Shown: one piece after another, positions 9,995 through 18,586 of the stretch
Layout of the letters: the number at the start of each line of letters is the position of its first letter
Position numbering within the stretch: the first letter of the stretch is position 1
DNA from: an uncultured bacterium
Lineage (GTDB): Bacteria > Patescibacteriota > Minisyncoccia > UBA6257 > GWB1-50-10
Direction of reading: 5' to 3'
DNA: 64,000 nucleotides
Assembly: GCA_963768835.1 (NCBI GenBank)
Contig: CAVYJB010000002.1
Location: 72,230 to 136,229 of the forward strand
Made by a program: the position numbers and the translations under genes
Notes under the pieces: generated by a model
The model's database searches: none
Told to the model about the DNA's origin: nothing
What the model saw: only the letters and a program-made list of their open reading frames with translations

Positions 9995-10948
9995 CTACCG
10001 TACTTTTTTGACAACAACTACTGTCGAATCCTCTACTGCTTCACAGTAGATAGTCCCCGCCGGTTTCCAGCCCGTCCAAACTTCGCGTTTATCGATGCGA
10101 AATCGTTTTTCGCTGCCATCCTCTAACCGACTAACAGCGATAAAGGGCTTGTTCGGATAAAGCGAGTCGAGCGTCCCAGGCCCGGCACTGAACGTCGGAA
10201 CCCTGATCCCCACCTGGAGCCTGAACGTGTCCACCCTTCCAACCGTGGAAGGGAGAGGCGCAACACCAGGAGAAACCACCACGTTCCCGAACCCAGGAAT
10301 AGGCACGGTCCCAATCCCTGGAACTGCAGGCTGTTGATCGTCCATCGGTCTCCGATAGTCGGCCGTATGGAAGTTTCCTGAGGATTCTTCCACGGGACGC
10401 TTTCGGATCGCCGCAAGAATCCTTTGGGTCTTCGCAACGATAACGCTGTCGCTTCTCTGGAGCTCCAGAACGCTGTCCGCAAAAGCCTGAAGTGATAGCG
10501 AGTGTCTCCACTCCGCTATCTTCACGCTATCGTCGTAAGCGAGCTGTTCCTTGATCAGGTTCACGTTACGGTTGTATTCCCTATCCGCATCCACGAAGCC
10601 GTTCTTAGCACTTAATTCAGCCGCCCTATCGATATCCTTCCTCACAGCTTCCTCCAAGCGTTGTTCGGTAGTCTCACCGAAGTACGTCCCGTAAAGATTG
10701 GCGACGTCTTGATAGAGCATCTTACCGAGAAACGCGAGGAACGCGATGCTGAAGACCACATGGATAGCGAGCCTCAGAATGCCTTTGGTGTACTTGGTGA
10801 AACCTCTCCAGACTCCAAACGTCACGAACGTTCCCACAAGTATTTTCACCCACGGGAAGTTCAGGAATCCGAAGAAAAACAGCAGGGCGACCGCGACCGA
10901 CGTCACGACGATCGCCAAGACTATGTTTCTGATCGTTCTCATTAGCAT
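9995..10948 (-). CDS. Hypothetical 3-TM protein with helical stalk and C-terminal domain shared with 8557-9546
   Basis: GGAGG SD; three TM helices, a charged helical region, then the PSTVGRVDTF...YCEA domain. Confidence 0.8.
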   Translation of the reverse strand: MLMRTIRNIVLAIVVTSVAVALLFFFGFLNFPWVKILVGTFVTFGVWRGFTKYTKGILRLAIHVVFSIAFLAFLGKMLYQDVANLYGTYFGETTEQRLEEAVRKDIDRAAELSAKNGFVDADREYNRNVNLIKEQLAYDDSVKIAEWRHSLSLQAFADSVLELQRSDSVIVAKTQRILAAIRKRPVEESSGNFHTADYRRPMDDQQPAVPGIGTVPIPGFGNVVVSPGVAPLPSTVGRVDTFRLQVGIRVPTFSAGPGTLDSLYPNKPFIAVSRLEDGSEKRFRIDKREVWTGWKPAGTIYCEAVEDSTVVVVKKVR

Positions 10949-10950
10949 CA

Positions 10951-11808
10951 CTACCTCCTTCCAATTGCGCTCGCAAGCTCTTTCGCGAACGCTGGTATGA
11001 ATTTAAGTAAGAACTCGATCGCCAAATCGACGATTCCAAACGCTTCCCAGTTGTCTTTGACCTTGTCCCACACAGACGACTGAGGAGTAGCTGTTGCGGT
11101 AGCCGTTGCTCCGGTACCCGCTCCAGGCGCCGCCGTTGGCGTAACCTGCGGACGGGTTCTCGGACGCTTGGCATAGAATTCTCCGAAACGTTGCGGTCTC
11201 TGCTTCCAGTGCCGCCACGCCAGCCGCCACGCTCCCTTGACCTCAGGCCAGAAATGCAGGCAAAAGATCAGAACTGAGAGAATGCAGGCGATCGGAACGC
11301 TGACAAATGCAGCGATCCACCAAAACCAGCTTCCTGTCTTTTCGCTCGTCGTTGGTACTGCCGGAGATTTGGGCGGTTCCGTCGGTGCCGTTTCTCTTCT
11401 CACCTCATACCTTTGCGCATGAGATTTGTAGGAGAGCACTGTCGGATTCTCTACCCAGCCCGGCTTCACAACTTCTTGCACGCCCTGTACGCCGAGTGGC
11501 ACTCCGGGTTCGCATAGGAATGCGGCCAGAAAGAGCACAAGGACTATCAGCCACAAAACAAGAGTCCATCCCCACCACGAGAGATTGCGTAGAAAACGAT
11601 ATGTTCTGTGAAACACCCCGTCGATGAACCCGGACGCTCCTTTGAGCACTCGAACGATTCTCCGACGTGGTGCCATTTGCCGCTGCTGTGCCGCCTGCAT
11701 GGGAGGTCGCTGACGATTGGACCACCGTTGCAGGAACCAGACGGTTCCCACAAAGAGTACGAGCGCGCAGGAAAGCGTGAGATCTATCCAGAACCAGGAA
11801 ATAGACAT
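10951..11808 (-). CDS. Hypothetical membrane protein (three TM, Trp-rich)
   Basis: AAGGAG SD 6 nt before the ATG; coupled to the next gene. Confidence 0.75.
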   Translation of the reverse strand: MSISWFWIDLTLSCALVLFVGTVWFLQRWSNRQRPPMQAAQQRQMAPRRRIVRVLKGASGFIDGVFHRTYRFLRNLSWWGWTLVLWLIVLVLFLAAFLCEPGVPLGVQGVQEVVKPGWVENPTVLSYKSHAQRYEVRRETAPTEPPKSPAVPTTSEKTGSWFWWIAAFVSVPIACILSVLIFCLHFWPEVKGAWRLAWRHWKQRPQRFGEFYAKRPRTRPQVTPTAAPGAGTGATATATATPQSSVWDKVKDNWEAFGIVDLAIEFLLKFIPAFAKELASAIGRR

Positions 11809-11825
11809 GACCAACTCCTTTCTGT

Positions 11826-12461
11826 TTATTCCTTGGAATGACTGAAGCTTTCTGAGAAGAAGGCATCAGCAAACCCAGGAAGCATGATTGTGACTTCGCG
11901 TTCTTTGCCGGGGGTAAGCCTGATTTCATAGAGAGCTGACCCTTTCGAGTCCGTCTCCAGCGTCTTCTTGTGCTTTTTTCCTCCGGTGTCGATTATCTCT
12001 ACAACCATGGAAGCCGGCTTCTCGCTTCCAGGATCACCCTGGATACCATGAAAGGTTGAGATAGCGAGATAGACACGGTTCTTGACCCACGATGGTTTCA
12101 CCACGCACCCAGGAACGGGCTTCTGTTTCTTCTCTTCTGCTTCCTTGGGAAGCAGGAGGAGTGCACGCCCCCGTGTGTTTTCCCCGACAATCTGGGCATC
12201 TATAAACATTTCTCCGCCCTTCGGGAAAACCATCGCCGTCGATGCGCGTCCATTGTCATCTGTAAATACCGGAACACCAAAGATGGCGGTTCCGGCGTAG
12301 AATTGAATGGCGGCACCAGGAACGGCTTTGTTCCCTTTGGTCGCGATTGCTGTAGCGGTAACCTTCCATCCGGTTTCAGTTTTTTCCGCCGGCTGGAATT
12401 CCACCACGATTCGTGGCGGACCCGAGGATTGCTGCTGACCTTGACCTTGGCTCCTTGCCAT
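11826..12461 (-). CDS. Hypothetical protein, possibly two Ig-like beta-sandwich modules
   Basis: AGAAAGGAG SD; internal repeat-like motifs TDDNGRAS and TDSKGSAL. Confidence 0.7.
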   Translation of the reverse strand: MARSQGQGQQQSSGPPRIVVEFQPAEKTETGWKVTATAIATKGNKAVPGAAIQFYAGTAIFGVPVFTDDNGRASTAMVFPKGGEMFIDAQIVGENTRGRALLLLPKEAEEKKQKPVPGCVVKPSWVKNRVYLAISTFHGIQGDPGSEKPASMVVEIIDTGGKKHKKTLETDSKGSALYEIRLTPGKEREVTIMLPGFADAFFSESFSHSKE

Positions 12462-12520
12462 AGCTTGTCTCCTTTCTAAGTAAGTAGTTGTTGTATTTGT
12501 GCTTTCAAACTTCTAATGCG

Positions 12521-12549
12521 ATTATATCACTATAATACCGATTTGTCAA
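12521..12549 (-). promoter_or_regulatory. Perfect consensus sigma70 promoter, divergent from the tRNA promoter
   Basis: TTGACA-17 nt-TATAAT (minus strand). It overlaps TTGTCA-17 nt-TATGAT (plus strand, 12543-12571) upstream of tRNA-Leu. Confidence 0.8.
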
Positions 12550-14165
12550 ACATAACCGGTGGTGGTATGATAGAAAAACCCCAGATGGAATAAGGGGTTT
12601 GGGCAGGTGGCGGAACTGGCAGACGCATACGGTTTAGGGCCGTACGCCGAAAGGCATGTGGGTTCAAGTCCCACCCTGCCCACAAGAGTAGAGACTAAAT
12701 CAGTGTTAGAAAAATTCAGCCGCGCTTCGCGGAGCGAAGCGTAAGGTGGGGTGGGGGTAAATTCAATACGACGATTTTTAAGAAACGTGTTCGAGCCGGA
12801 AATTTTTTGGGCAAGAGATTTTTTGAGGGTAAGATCGGTCGAAACGGCAGTTTCGCCAATGTTTGCCGCATCATCTATCCAGCCACGTAGCGGTTCGAGC
12901 CACGCTAGATACCCTCGGTTCAGTCCGGCCATTTTCTCCTCCAGCGACCTTTTGTGCAGGAGAAGCTTCGCCTTCTCCGAGCGGTAGGTATTCCGCTCAA
13001 TATCTTCCTCAAGATAGGCGTCAAAAAGCCGCTGGAGTTTTTCGGTAACGGACGCTATCTCATTGCGGAGGACTTGGTTCTCGCGTATGGGAGATCGGGC
13101 GGCATCCTGCTCGTCCTTGTCCGCCAGCTTGTAGAGTTCGACCGCCCAATCCGAGGGCAACGCAAACTCTTTGAATATATTGGAAAGCTGATCCGATAAA
13201 ACTTCTTCTCTAATGTAGGGCTGAGAGCATATGACCCCTTTCTTACTGCAACGATAGTAAGTGCGACCTTTCTGAAATTCTGCGGTGATCATCCGTCCGC
13301 ACTCGCCGCAACGGAACAGCCCACACAACGGCTTCGGTTGTTTTGTTTTTACCTGCGGCTTGCTCCGCTCCTTCAAGACGGCTTGGACTTTATCGAATAA
13401 CTGCTTGGAAATTATCGGTTCGTGTTTACCTTCATACAACTCTCCGGCATAGCGGAACAGGCCGCAGTAAAAAGGATTTGATAGGAACACTGTAATCTGG
13501 TCGCGCTTCCACGCTCTGCCGCCCTCGCTCATCCATCGGTTGCTCGCTTTGGTTTTGACGCCCTTGTCGAAAAGAAATTTTGAAATATCTTCGAGACGAG
13601 ACTGGTTCTTGGAATACAATTCAAAGGCTTCGCGGACGACGATCGCTTCTTTCTCATCCACGACAATCTGTTTCCTCCGCACGTCATTTATGTAACCCAA
13701 CGGGGCAACGCTCGGATATTCGCCGCGCTTTGCTTTCTCGTGAAGGCCACGTTTCGTGTTCGCGGAAAGATCGCGGATATACTGGTTCGCCATCCCGAAC
13801 TCGACGCCAATCATAAGGACGTTATCGGAAGGATAGTAACTCCGGTCGCTCGTGAGAATGCGCTTTATGACATCCTGCTGAAGCAACCACTGGACGCGGG
13901 CGGCATCCATCGGGTTACGGGCGAGACGATCCAGTTTCCAGCACAAGATACCCTGCGCTTCTCCCCGCTCAATCTTATCCATCATCCCGTTAAAGACAGG
14001 ACGACCGGGCATCTTGGCGGACTGCTTCTCGATAAATTCTCCAATGATGTGGAGCTTCTCTTGCCTAGCCAAAGCACGCAGAACGGAAAGCTGGTCTTCG
14101 ATGGAACGAACTTGTTTGTCCTCGACATCGGTAGATTTTCTAGCGTAGAGGAAGTAGTTGGGCAT
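12546..14165 (-). CDS. Large serine recombinase (integrase); its 3' end reads antisense through tRNA-Leu
   Basis: YARKST catalytic Ser, KLDRLARN, recombinase domain (NPFYCG, GKHEPII), Zn-ribbon CGECG...YYRC...C and a coiled coil. Confidence 0.95.
   Translation of the reverse strand: MPNYFLYARKSTDVEDKQVRSIEDQLSVLRALARQEKLHIIGEFIEKQSAKMPGRPVFNGMMDKIERGEAQGILCWKLDRLARNPMDAARVQWLLQQDVIKRILTSDRSYYPSDNVLMIGVEFGMANQYIRDLSANTKRGLHEKAKRGEYPSVAPLGYINDVRRKQIVVDEKEAIVVREAFELYSKNQSRLEDISKFLFDKGVKTKASNRWMSEGGRAWKRDQITVFLSNPFYCGLFRYAGELYEGKHEPIISKQLFDKVQAVLKERSKPQVKTKQPKPLCGLFRCGECGRMITAEFQKGRTYYRCSKKGVICSQPYIREEVLSDQLSNIFKEFALPSDWAVELYKLADKDEQDAARSPIRENQVLRNEIASVTEKLQRLFDAYLEEDIERNTYRSEKAKLLLHKRSLEEKMAGLNRGYLAWLEPLRGWIDDAANIGETAVSTDLTLKKSLAQKISGSNTFLKNRRIEFTPTPPYASLREARLNFSNTDLVSTLVGRVGLEPTCLSAYGPKPYASASSATCPNPLFHLGFFYHTTTGYV
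12601..12682 (+). tRNA. tRNA-Leu(TAG), CCA not encoded
   Basis: Acceptor stem GGGCAGG/CCTGCCC, anticodon arm TACGG-TTTAGGG-CCGTA, variable arm GCC-GAAA-GGC and T-loop GGTTCAAGTCC. Confidence 0.95.
12680..12836. repeat. Inverted repeat A (attL arm, 157 bp; codes for the integrase C-terminal region)
   Basis: Reverse complement of 15663-15819; about 6 mismatches by eye, all in the core-distal ~60 bp. Confidence 0.95.
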
Positions 14166-14170
14166 GGGAT

Positions 14171-14200
14171 ATGTAACTTATAGTCTGTAGTCTTATTTTA
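14171..14200. promoter_or_regulatory. C-box-like operator between the integrase and C-protein genes
   Basis: ATGTAACTTATAGTCTGTAGTCTTAT resembles the GACTTATAGTC double operators of RM controller proteins. Confidence 0.6.
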
Positions 14201-14226
14201 TGCAACAACTAAAATAAAGTAAAGCA

Positions 14227-14433
14227 ATGGATAACATTCAGTTAAGAGTTGGCAAGAAAATTAAGGCGCTAAGAAGCGCAAAAGGCATCTCACAGGAAGC
14301 TCTAGCTTTTCGTTGCAAGCTACACAGGACTTATATAAGCGATATAGAACGAGGTCTACGCAACGTATCAATTAAGAATATTGAGAAAATAGCAAAGGCA
14401 TTACAGGTTCCCATAAACGAGCTACTCCCATAA
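14227..14433 (+). CDS. XRE-family HTH regulator, RM controller (C) protein-like
   Basis: SQEALA...LHRTYISDIERGLRNVSIKNIEKIAKAL recognition helix; 68 aa. Confidence 0.88.
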   Translation: MDNIQLRVGKKIKALRSAKGISQEALAFRCKLHRTYISDIERGLRNVSIKNIEKIAKALQVPINELLP

Positions 14434-14435
14434 AT

Positions 14436-15661
14436 ATGGCTAAGATAAAAAAGACGAAAATAGAGACACCTGAAAAACACTTCGCCTCTGACGACAAAAA
14501 TATTTGCGTATATGAAATTTATCGTCGTTCGAAAAAGACGGTTTATTATCTACGAGGAACTCAAGCAAAACATCTTAGCAAGATAATCTTAAATGGTTTT
14601 GAGGGTATCCCTTCAGGACTCTATTTGAATAGAAATGGCTTTGGATTTGGTAAAAAAGGAGTCTTCCTCCTCTCTGCTCTGAAGGATCATCTGGCCGCCG
14701 GAAAGCTTCTAGAATTTATAATCTCAAATAAGAATAATAAGAAAGTCCAAAAAGGATCACTCAAGGTTTCAATCACCATTCCGTCTCAAGATGTTAAAAT
14801 TTACTCATAAGACTCGGTCGCATAAACGAAGATAACAATAACGAACTGCGGACTACAGTTGGTTCATTTCTCAGCACGAAGTTTCCAAAGCACGTAAAGG
14901 TATCTACAGAAGATTTTGATGATTATAAAGGAGGAGAAGTTGCCGCGCTCTTGCGTAGAAAAAAGGTCGCCCAGAAGTTAAACGAAGAAGACTTCGAGTC
15001 TCTTAAGGGCTTTTTCCCTAAAATATTTGAGACCTCCTTAAAGGGTAAAAAAGGTGCTGTAAAAGCCGGACGCAACGCACTTATCAGAGATACTAAGAAA
15101 GTTACAGATCGAATTTTCCTAGATGAGGTGATTAAGGAGTTTGAAACTAACCTCTTAAAGAAAACTCTTTCAGAAGAAGACTGGCAGAAATTCCTCCATG
15201 ATAAAGTATTTAGATTCCTAGCTAACTACGTTACGTCTATCGAGAAACAAAATGTCAGTATTAGTGTGAGTTATCCAGATTTTGTTCTTGTAGATGTATA
15301 TGACTTTGTTGATGTTTTTGAAATAAAGAAACATGACGTTCAGTTATTAACTCTCGATGAGAGCCACGATAACTATTATTGGAAACCTGATGTTGCTAAA
15401 GCCATTGCACAAATTGAAAATTATATTGATGAAATCACCCGCAACGCCGATGATTATATTAAAGCTATCAAGCGTAAAAAGGGCATCGACATAAGAGTTG
15501 TGCGCCCCAGAGGATATATTATTGCTGGTACAAGTAAACAATTTAAGAATAAGAAAGAATCAGCAGATTTCAGAAAACTAGGAACCTCTTTGAAAAATAT
15601 CAGCTTTATTCTTTATGATGAATTGTTGGCAAACCTAAAGAATCTACGATCAAAACTCTAA
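14436..15661 (+). CDS. Shedu (SduA/DUF4263)-type anti-phage nuclease with one frameshift near 14796-14800
   Basis: EEDWQKF, YPDFVL, FEIKK and AIAQIENY motifs. Adding one A to GTTAAAAT joins 14436-14810 to the downstream frame, giving about 408 aa. Confidence 0.8.
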
Positions 15662-15662
15662 T

Positions 15663-16103
15663 GATCTTACCCTCAAAAAATCCGTTGCCCAAAAAATTTC
15701 CGGCTCGAACGCAGTTCTCAAAAATCGTCGTATTGAATTTACCCCCACCCCACCTTACGCTTCGCTCCGCGAAGCGCGGCTGAATTTTTCTAACACTGAT
15801 TTAGTCTCTACTCTTGTGGCGTTATACCGATCCGCTCGAGGGTTCTTCGAGGGTCAGACCTAACCATTTTACCCCTACATTCCGAGACTGTTTACCCCTT
15901 CATTTACCCCTTCACTCGCCCTGCGTCCATTTGAAGGGGTAGCAAGTCCAGTTTGCCCTGCAAACGCTGATCTTTTTGACCCTCGTCCGGCAAAATCACA
16001 AGTCCTACTTCACTCCGCTGAGCTCCCCCCAAAGATGTTTGCTCAGCCCCTCAGCCTGCTGGCTTCGGGGCTTCGCGTATGGCGCGCCCAAATTCCTCCC
16101 CCA
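15663..16103 (-). repeat. Complete internal attP-like site (arm A' + TTGTGG core at 15814-15819 + arm B'), inverted
   Basis: 15663-15819 is the reverse complement of 12680-12836, and 15814-16103 is the reverse complement of 18868-19157. Confidence 0.93.
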
Positions 16104-16146
16104 CAAAAATTTTATATAACGCTCGCGGCCGCGTGGCCGAGAGCGG

Positions 16147-16590
16147 TCAAATAGAAACTGTTTTGATTTTTCTAAGCTGATCAATATATTCCTTCGATAA
16201 GCCGCACTCTTCCGCACCCTCCAAAATCATATCCATATATTTTCGACTAGGAGGGGCAAGTTCTCTGCCAGTTGCGTAATACACAATAGCTTTAATAGAT
16301 TTATCTCCTTCTATGAAAACATCTATCTCTTTACGATTGTATGATTTTGGAAAACCTTCATAACAATCCAGAGCAGCACGATTTGCTTCCGAAATTTCGA
16401 ACAGTCCTCCGCTAACTACAGCACCGGAGAACTCAACAACATTTGCACCAGCTCCTCCCCAAGATTTTGAGTGTCCATCAAAAATCAGTTTATAGTCCCG
16501 AAGATCAGCCTTATATAAGAAGGTATTCCCCGGACATCGCTCATTCATCTGTTTATGGCTCATATTTGAACCATAGGCAAAATACTTCAT
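16147..16590 (-). CDS. Gamma-glutamylcyclotransferase family protein
   Basis: YFAYGSNM, LDCYEG and PSRKYMDMILEGA motifs. Confidence 0.88.
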   Translation of the reverse strand: MKYFAYGSNMSHKQMNERCPGNTFLYKADLRDYKLIFDGHSKSWGGAGANVVEFSGAVVSGGLFEISEANRAALDCYEGFPKSYNRKEIDVFIEGDKSIKAIVYYATGRELAPPSRKYMDMILEGAEECGLSKEYIDQLRKIKTVSI

Positions 16591-16603
16591 TCTCGATGAT
16601 TAC

Positions 16604-18355
16604 TTAAAAATGCCAAACCTTGTAATAGGCGTTGTGAGCTAACTTACCGGCTCTCATGGCTATCTCATCAGCTCCCCATCCCTTTGTCTTAATATGACTT
16701 TCAAACTCTTCGATGAAAGTCTTCACATGGGGCAAATTAGCAAAACTTTCCTTATTTTTCAGTATCTCTATTTTTTCGAGTGGCATTTTATCTTGGAGCT
16801 TTGAATTGGTGTGTAAGCTAATGATTAGCAAGTTCCCAATGTTATCAGCTATATCAGGATCAGACAGCTCTGCTCTTTTAGAGTTCGGATAAAAATGCTC
16901 AACGTTGAAGCTCCGCCTAAATCCTTTCCTGTCCAAGAAAAACAACTGAGTCTTTTGTCCGCCGACTCTATCAAAATTATTTATGCGATCAATGACATAA
17001 CTGATTAATGGAAGATCGGCCGAGGTAGCATATGAAAGATCCTTAAATTTAGACTCAAACTCTTCGTAACTCGCTTTCTTATCTTCAAGGGTCTTGATAA
17101 GTTCGCTGCAATTCTTTTTGAAATCCTTTACCTTATTAAATCTCGGAGCAAAATCCATATACGTCTTCTCGATCTCGTTACCTACGCGCTCACAGATAAC
17201 ATTGTTAACAAAATGGTATTTCTCAAAAGTTTCGATCAGAGATCTAAGTAGCTTCGCCATCTCGGCGTTGTCTCCATATTTTTCCTGATATGCTTTTACG
17301 GCTGAATAGATAATCGGGTAGGGTTGCGTAACGCGGAAGAGCCTTAGAGCTTCAATGCTCAAATAAATATCATGGCAATAATGTTGATTCCTAGATATTG
17401 CCAAACATCCGTTGGCTTCAAAGTAACTTCTGAGATCTTCTTCTCTTCCCTGCCGCAAGATCGCATAAAAAGTGGAAAAGTCGCTGAGGTCTTTTACAAA
17501 AATCTCGGGCTTGAGTTCTGATGATTGCTTCTGAAGATTTTTGAATATATCTCTTTTTTGTACAGCTCCCTTTCTGGCGACCAGATAATATTTCAACATC
17601 CTCATCATCGTCGTATCTGCATTTTCCACTATTTCATCCCATGTTTCCTCCATGCCTTCGATTTCAGCTGAGAAAAGATCCGCCTTTAAGAGATCGGCCG
17701 CATTAAGTTCTAAGCCACGCGCATTTGCCCTTTCAAAAAGATCGAATACATCCAGTTCGCCATCAACCTCTATCTTAATGACGAATGAGCTATAAAGTTT
17801 CCTCAATAAGGTTGATATATCTTCAAGTTTTTTAAGTGATGATATCCGCTCGCGGAATAATTCGTATACGGGCTTAATCTTGTTAACTTGTCGCTTAACA
17901 GACCTCTTTCCTAGCTTCGCAGGAAAATCTCCCTTCCAATCATCCCTTACGATATATTCAAAAATATCACGTACCGCTATTGATGCACCTAATCTTGCAC
18001 CTGTCATCTCACCAGTAGTGGAATCGCTGAAAGTTAATTTTTCTGTAATCTTGCTGGCAAGCTTATTCTCTTTTATAGCGATTGCTCTAGCCCGACACGC
18101 AATGAGCAATAGACAGATCGTCGTTATTCTCTGCTGGCCATCGACGATAGATATTTCGCCACGCCCCATGTTCTTAACGTCGAGAACAATATTGCCGAGG
18201 TATATTCCCTGATCGGACGAGATAACATCATTCCATAGGTCATCTGCTTCGTCTTTACCCCAATCAAAACCGCGTTGGTACGAAGGAACCATAAAACGAG
18301 CGTTGCCTATATTTAGGAGTTGCTCAATGGTTTGCCGTGATGGAGTTATGGCCAT
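16604..18355 (-). CDS. DUF262 + DUF1524/HNH protein (GmrSD/SspE-like modification-dependent nuclease)
   Basis: PSYQRGFDW, VDGQQRITT and FERANARG motifs; C-terminal VEHFYP...GNL...N. Confidence 0.9.
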   Translation of the reverse strand: MAITPSRQTIEQLLNIGNARFMVPSYQRGFDWGKDEADDLWNDVISSDQGIYLGNIVLDVKNMGRGEISIVDGQQRITTICLLLIACRARAIAIKENKLASKITEKLTFSDSTTGEMTGARLGASIAVRDIFEYIVRDDWKGDFPAKLGKRSVKRQVNKIKPVYELFRERISSLKKLEDISTLLRKLYSSFVIKIEVDGELDVFDLFERANARGLELNAADLLKADLFSAEIEGMEETWDEIVENADTTMMRMLKYYLVARKGAVQKRDIFKNLQKQSSELKPEIFVKDLSDFSTFYAILRQGREEDLRSYFEANGCLAISRNQHYCHDIYLSIEALRLFRVTQPYPIIYSAVKAYQEKYGDNAEMAKLLRSLIETFEKYHFVNNVICERVGNEIEKTYMDFAPRFNKVKDFKKNCSELIKTLEDKKASYEEFESKFKDLSYATSADLPLISYVIDRINNFDRVGGQKTQLFFLDRKGFRRSFNVEHFYPNSKRAELSDPDIADNIGNLLIISLHTNSKLQDKMPLEKIEILKNKESFANLPHVKTFIEEFESHIKTKGWGADEIAMRAGKLAHNAYYKVWHF

Positions 18356-18586
18356 AATTACCTTCCATGTTATCAGAAAAAGGGCTTTTTGGTAAACCAG
18401 ATTTCAAGGTACCTAAATAGCCTCTCGCTCACGCATGGGGGTAAGAGCAAGAACCTTTAACCACGCAAAACTTCACAAAGAATGTCCCCTTGTGGTAGTA
18501 CGGAGGTAGCCTCAAGATGAGACTAGAACCGATACTATACGTGCCGCTGCGGAGTCGACGGCGGTGATAAATCAATTGAAGATACA

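Noticed and set aside
8557-10300. Paralogous 3' ends as a DGR template/variable repeat pair
   Set aside because: The differences are not adenine-specific and include many synonymous changes. Both copies are coding and no reverse transcriptase is present in the window.
14790-14812. Programmed -1 frameshift in Shedu
   Set aside because: There is no in-frame X XXY YYZ heptamer (codons GTT AAA ATT TAC) and no obvious stimulatory hairpin.
15868-15941. TTTACCCCT repeats as a mini-CRISPR
   Set aside because: The units are 9 bp with irregular 3-14 nt spacing, and no cas genes or repeat-spacer array were seen anywhere in the window.
16005-16217. Small ORFs within the att arms (16005-16217, 18741-18995, 19037-19219)
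   Set aside because: Their frames are not preserved as genes between the two repeat copies and they lack start signals.
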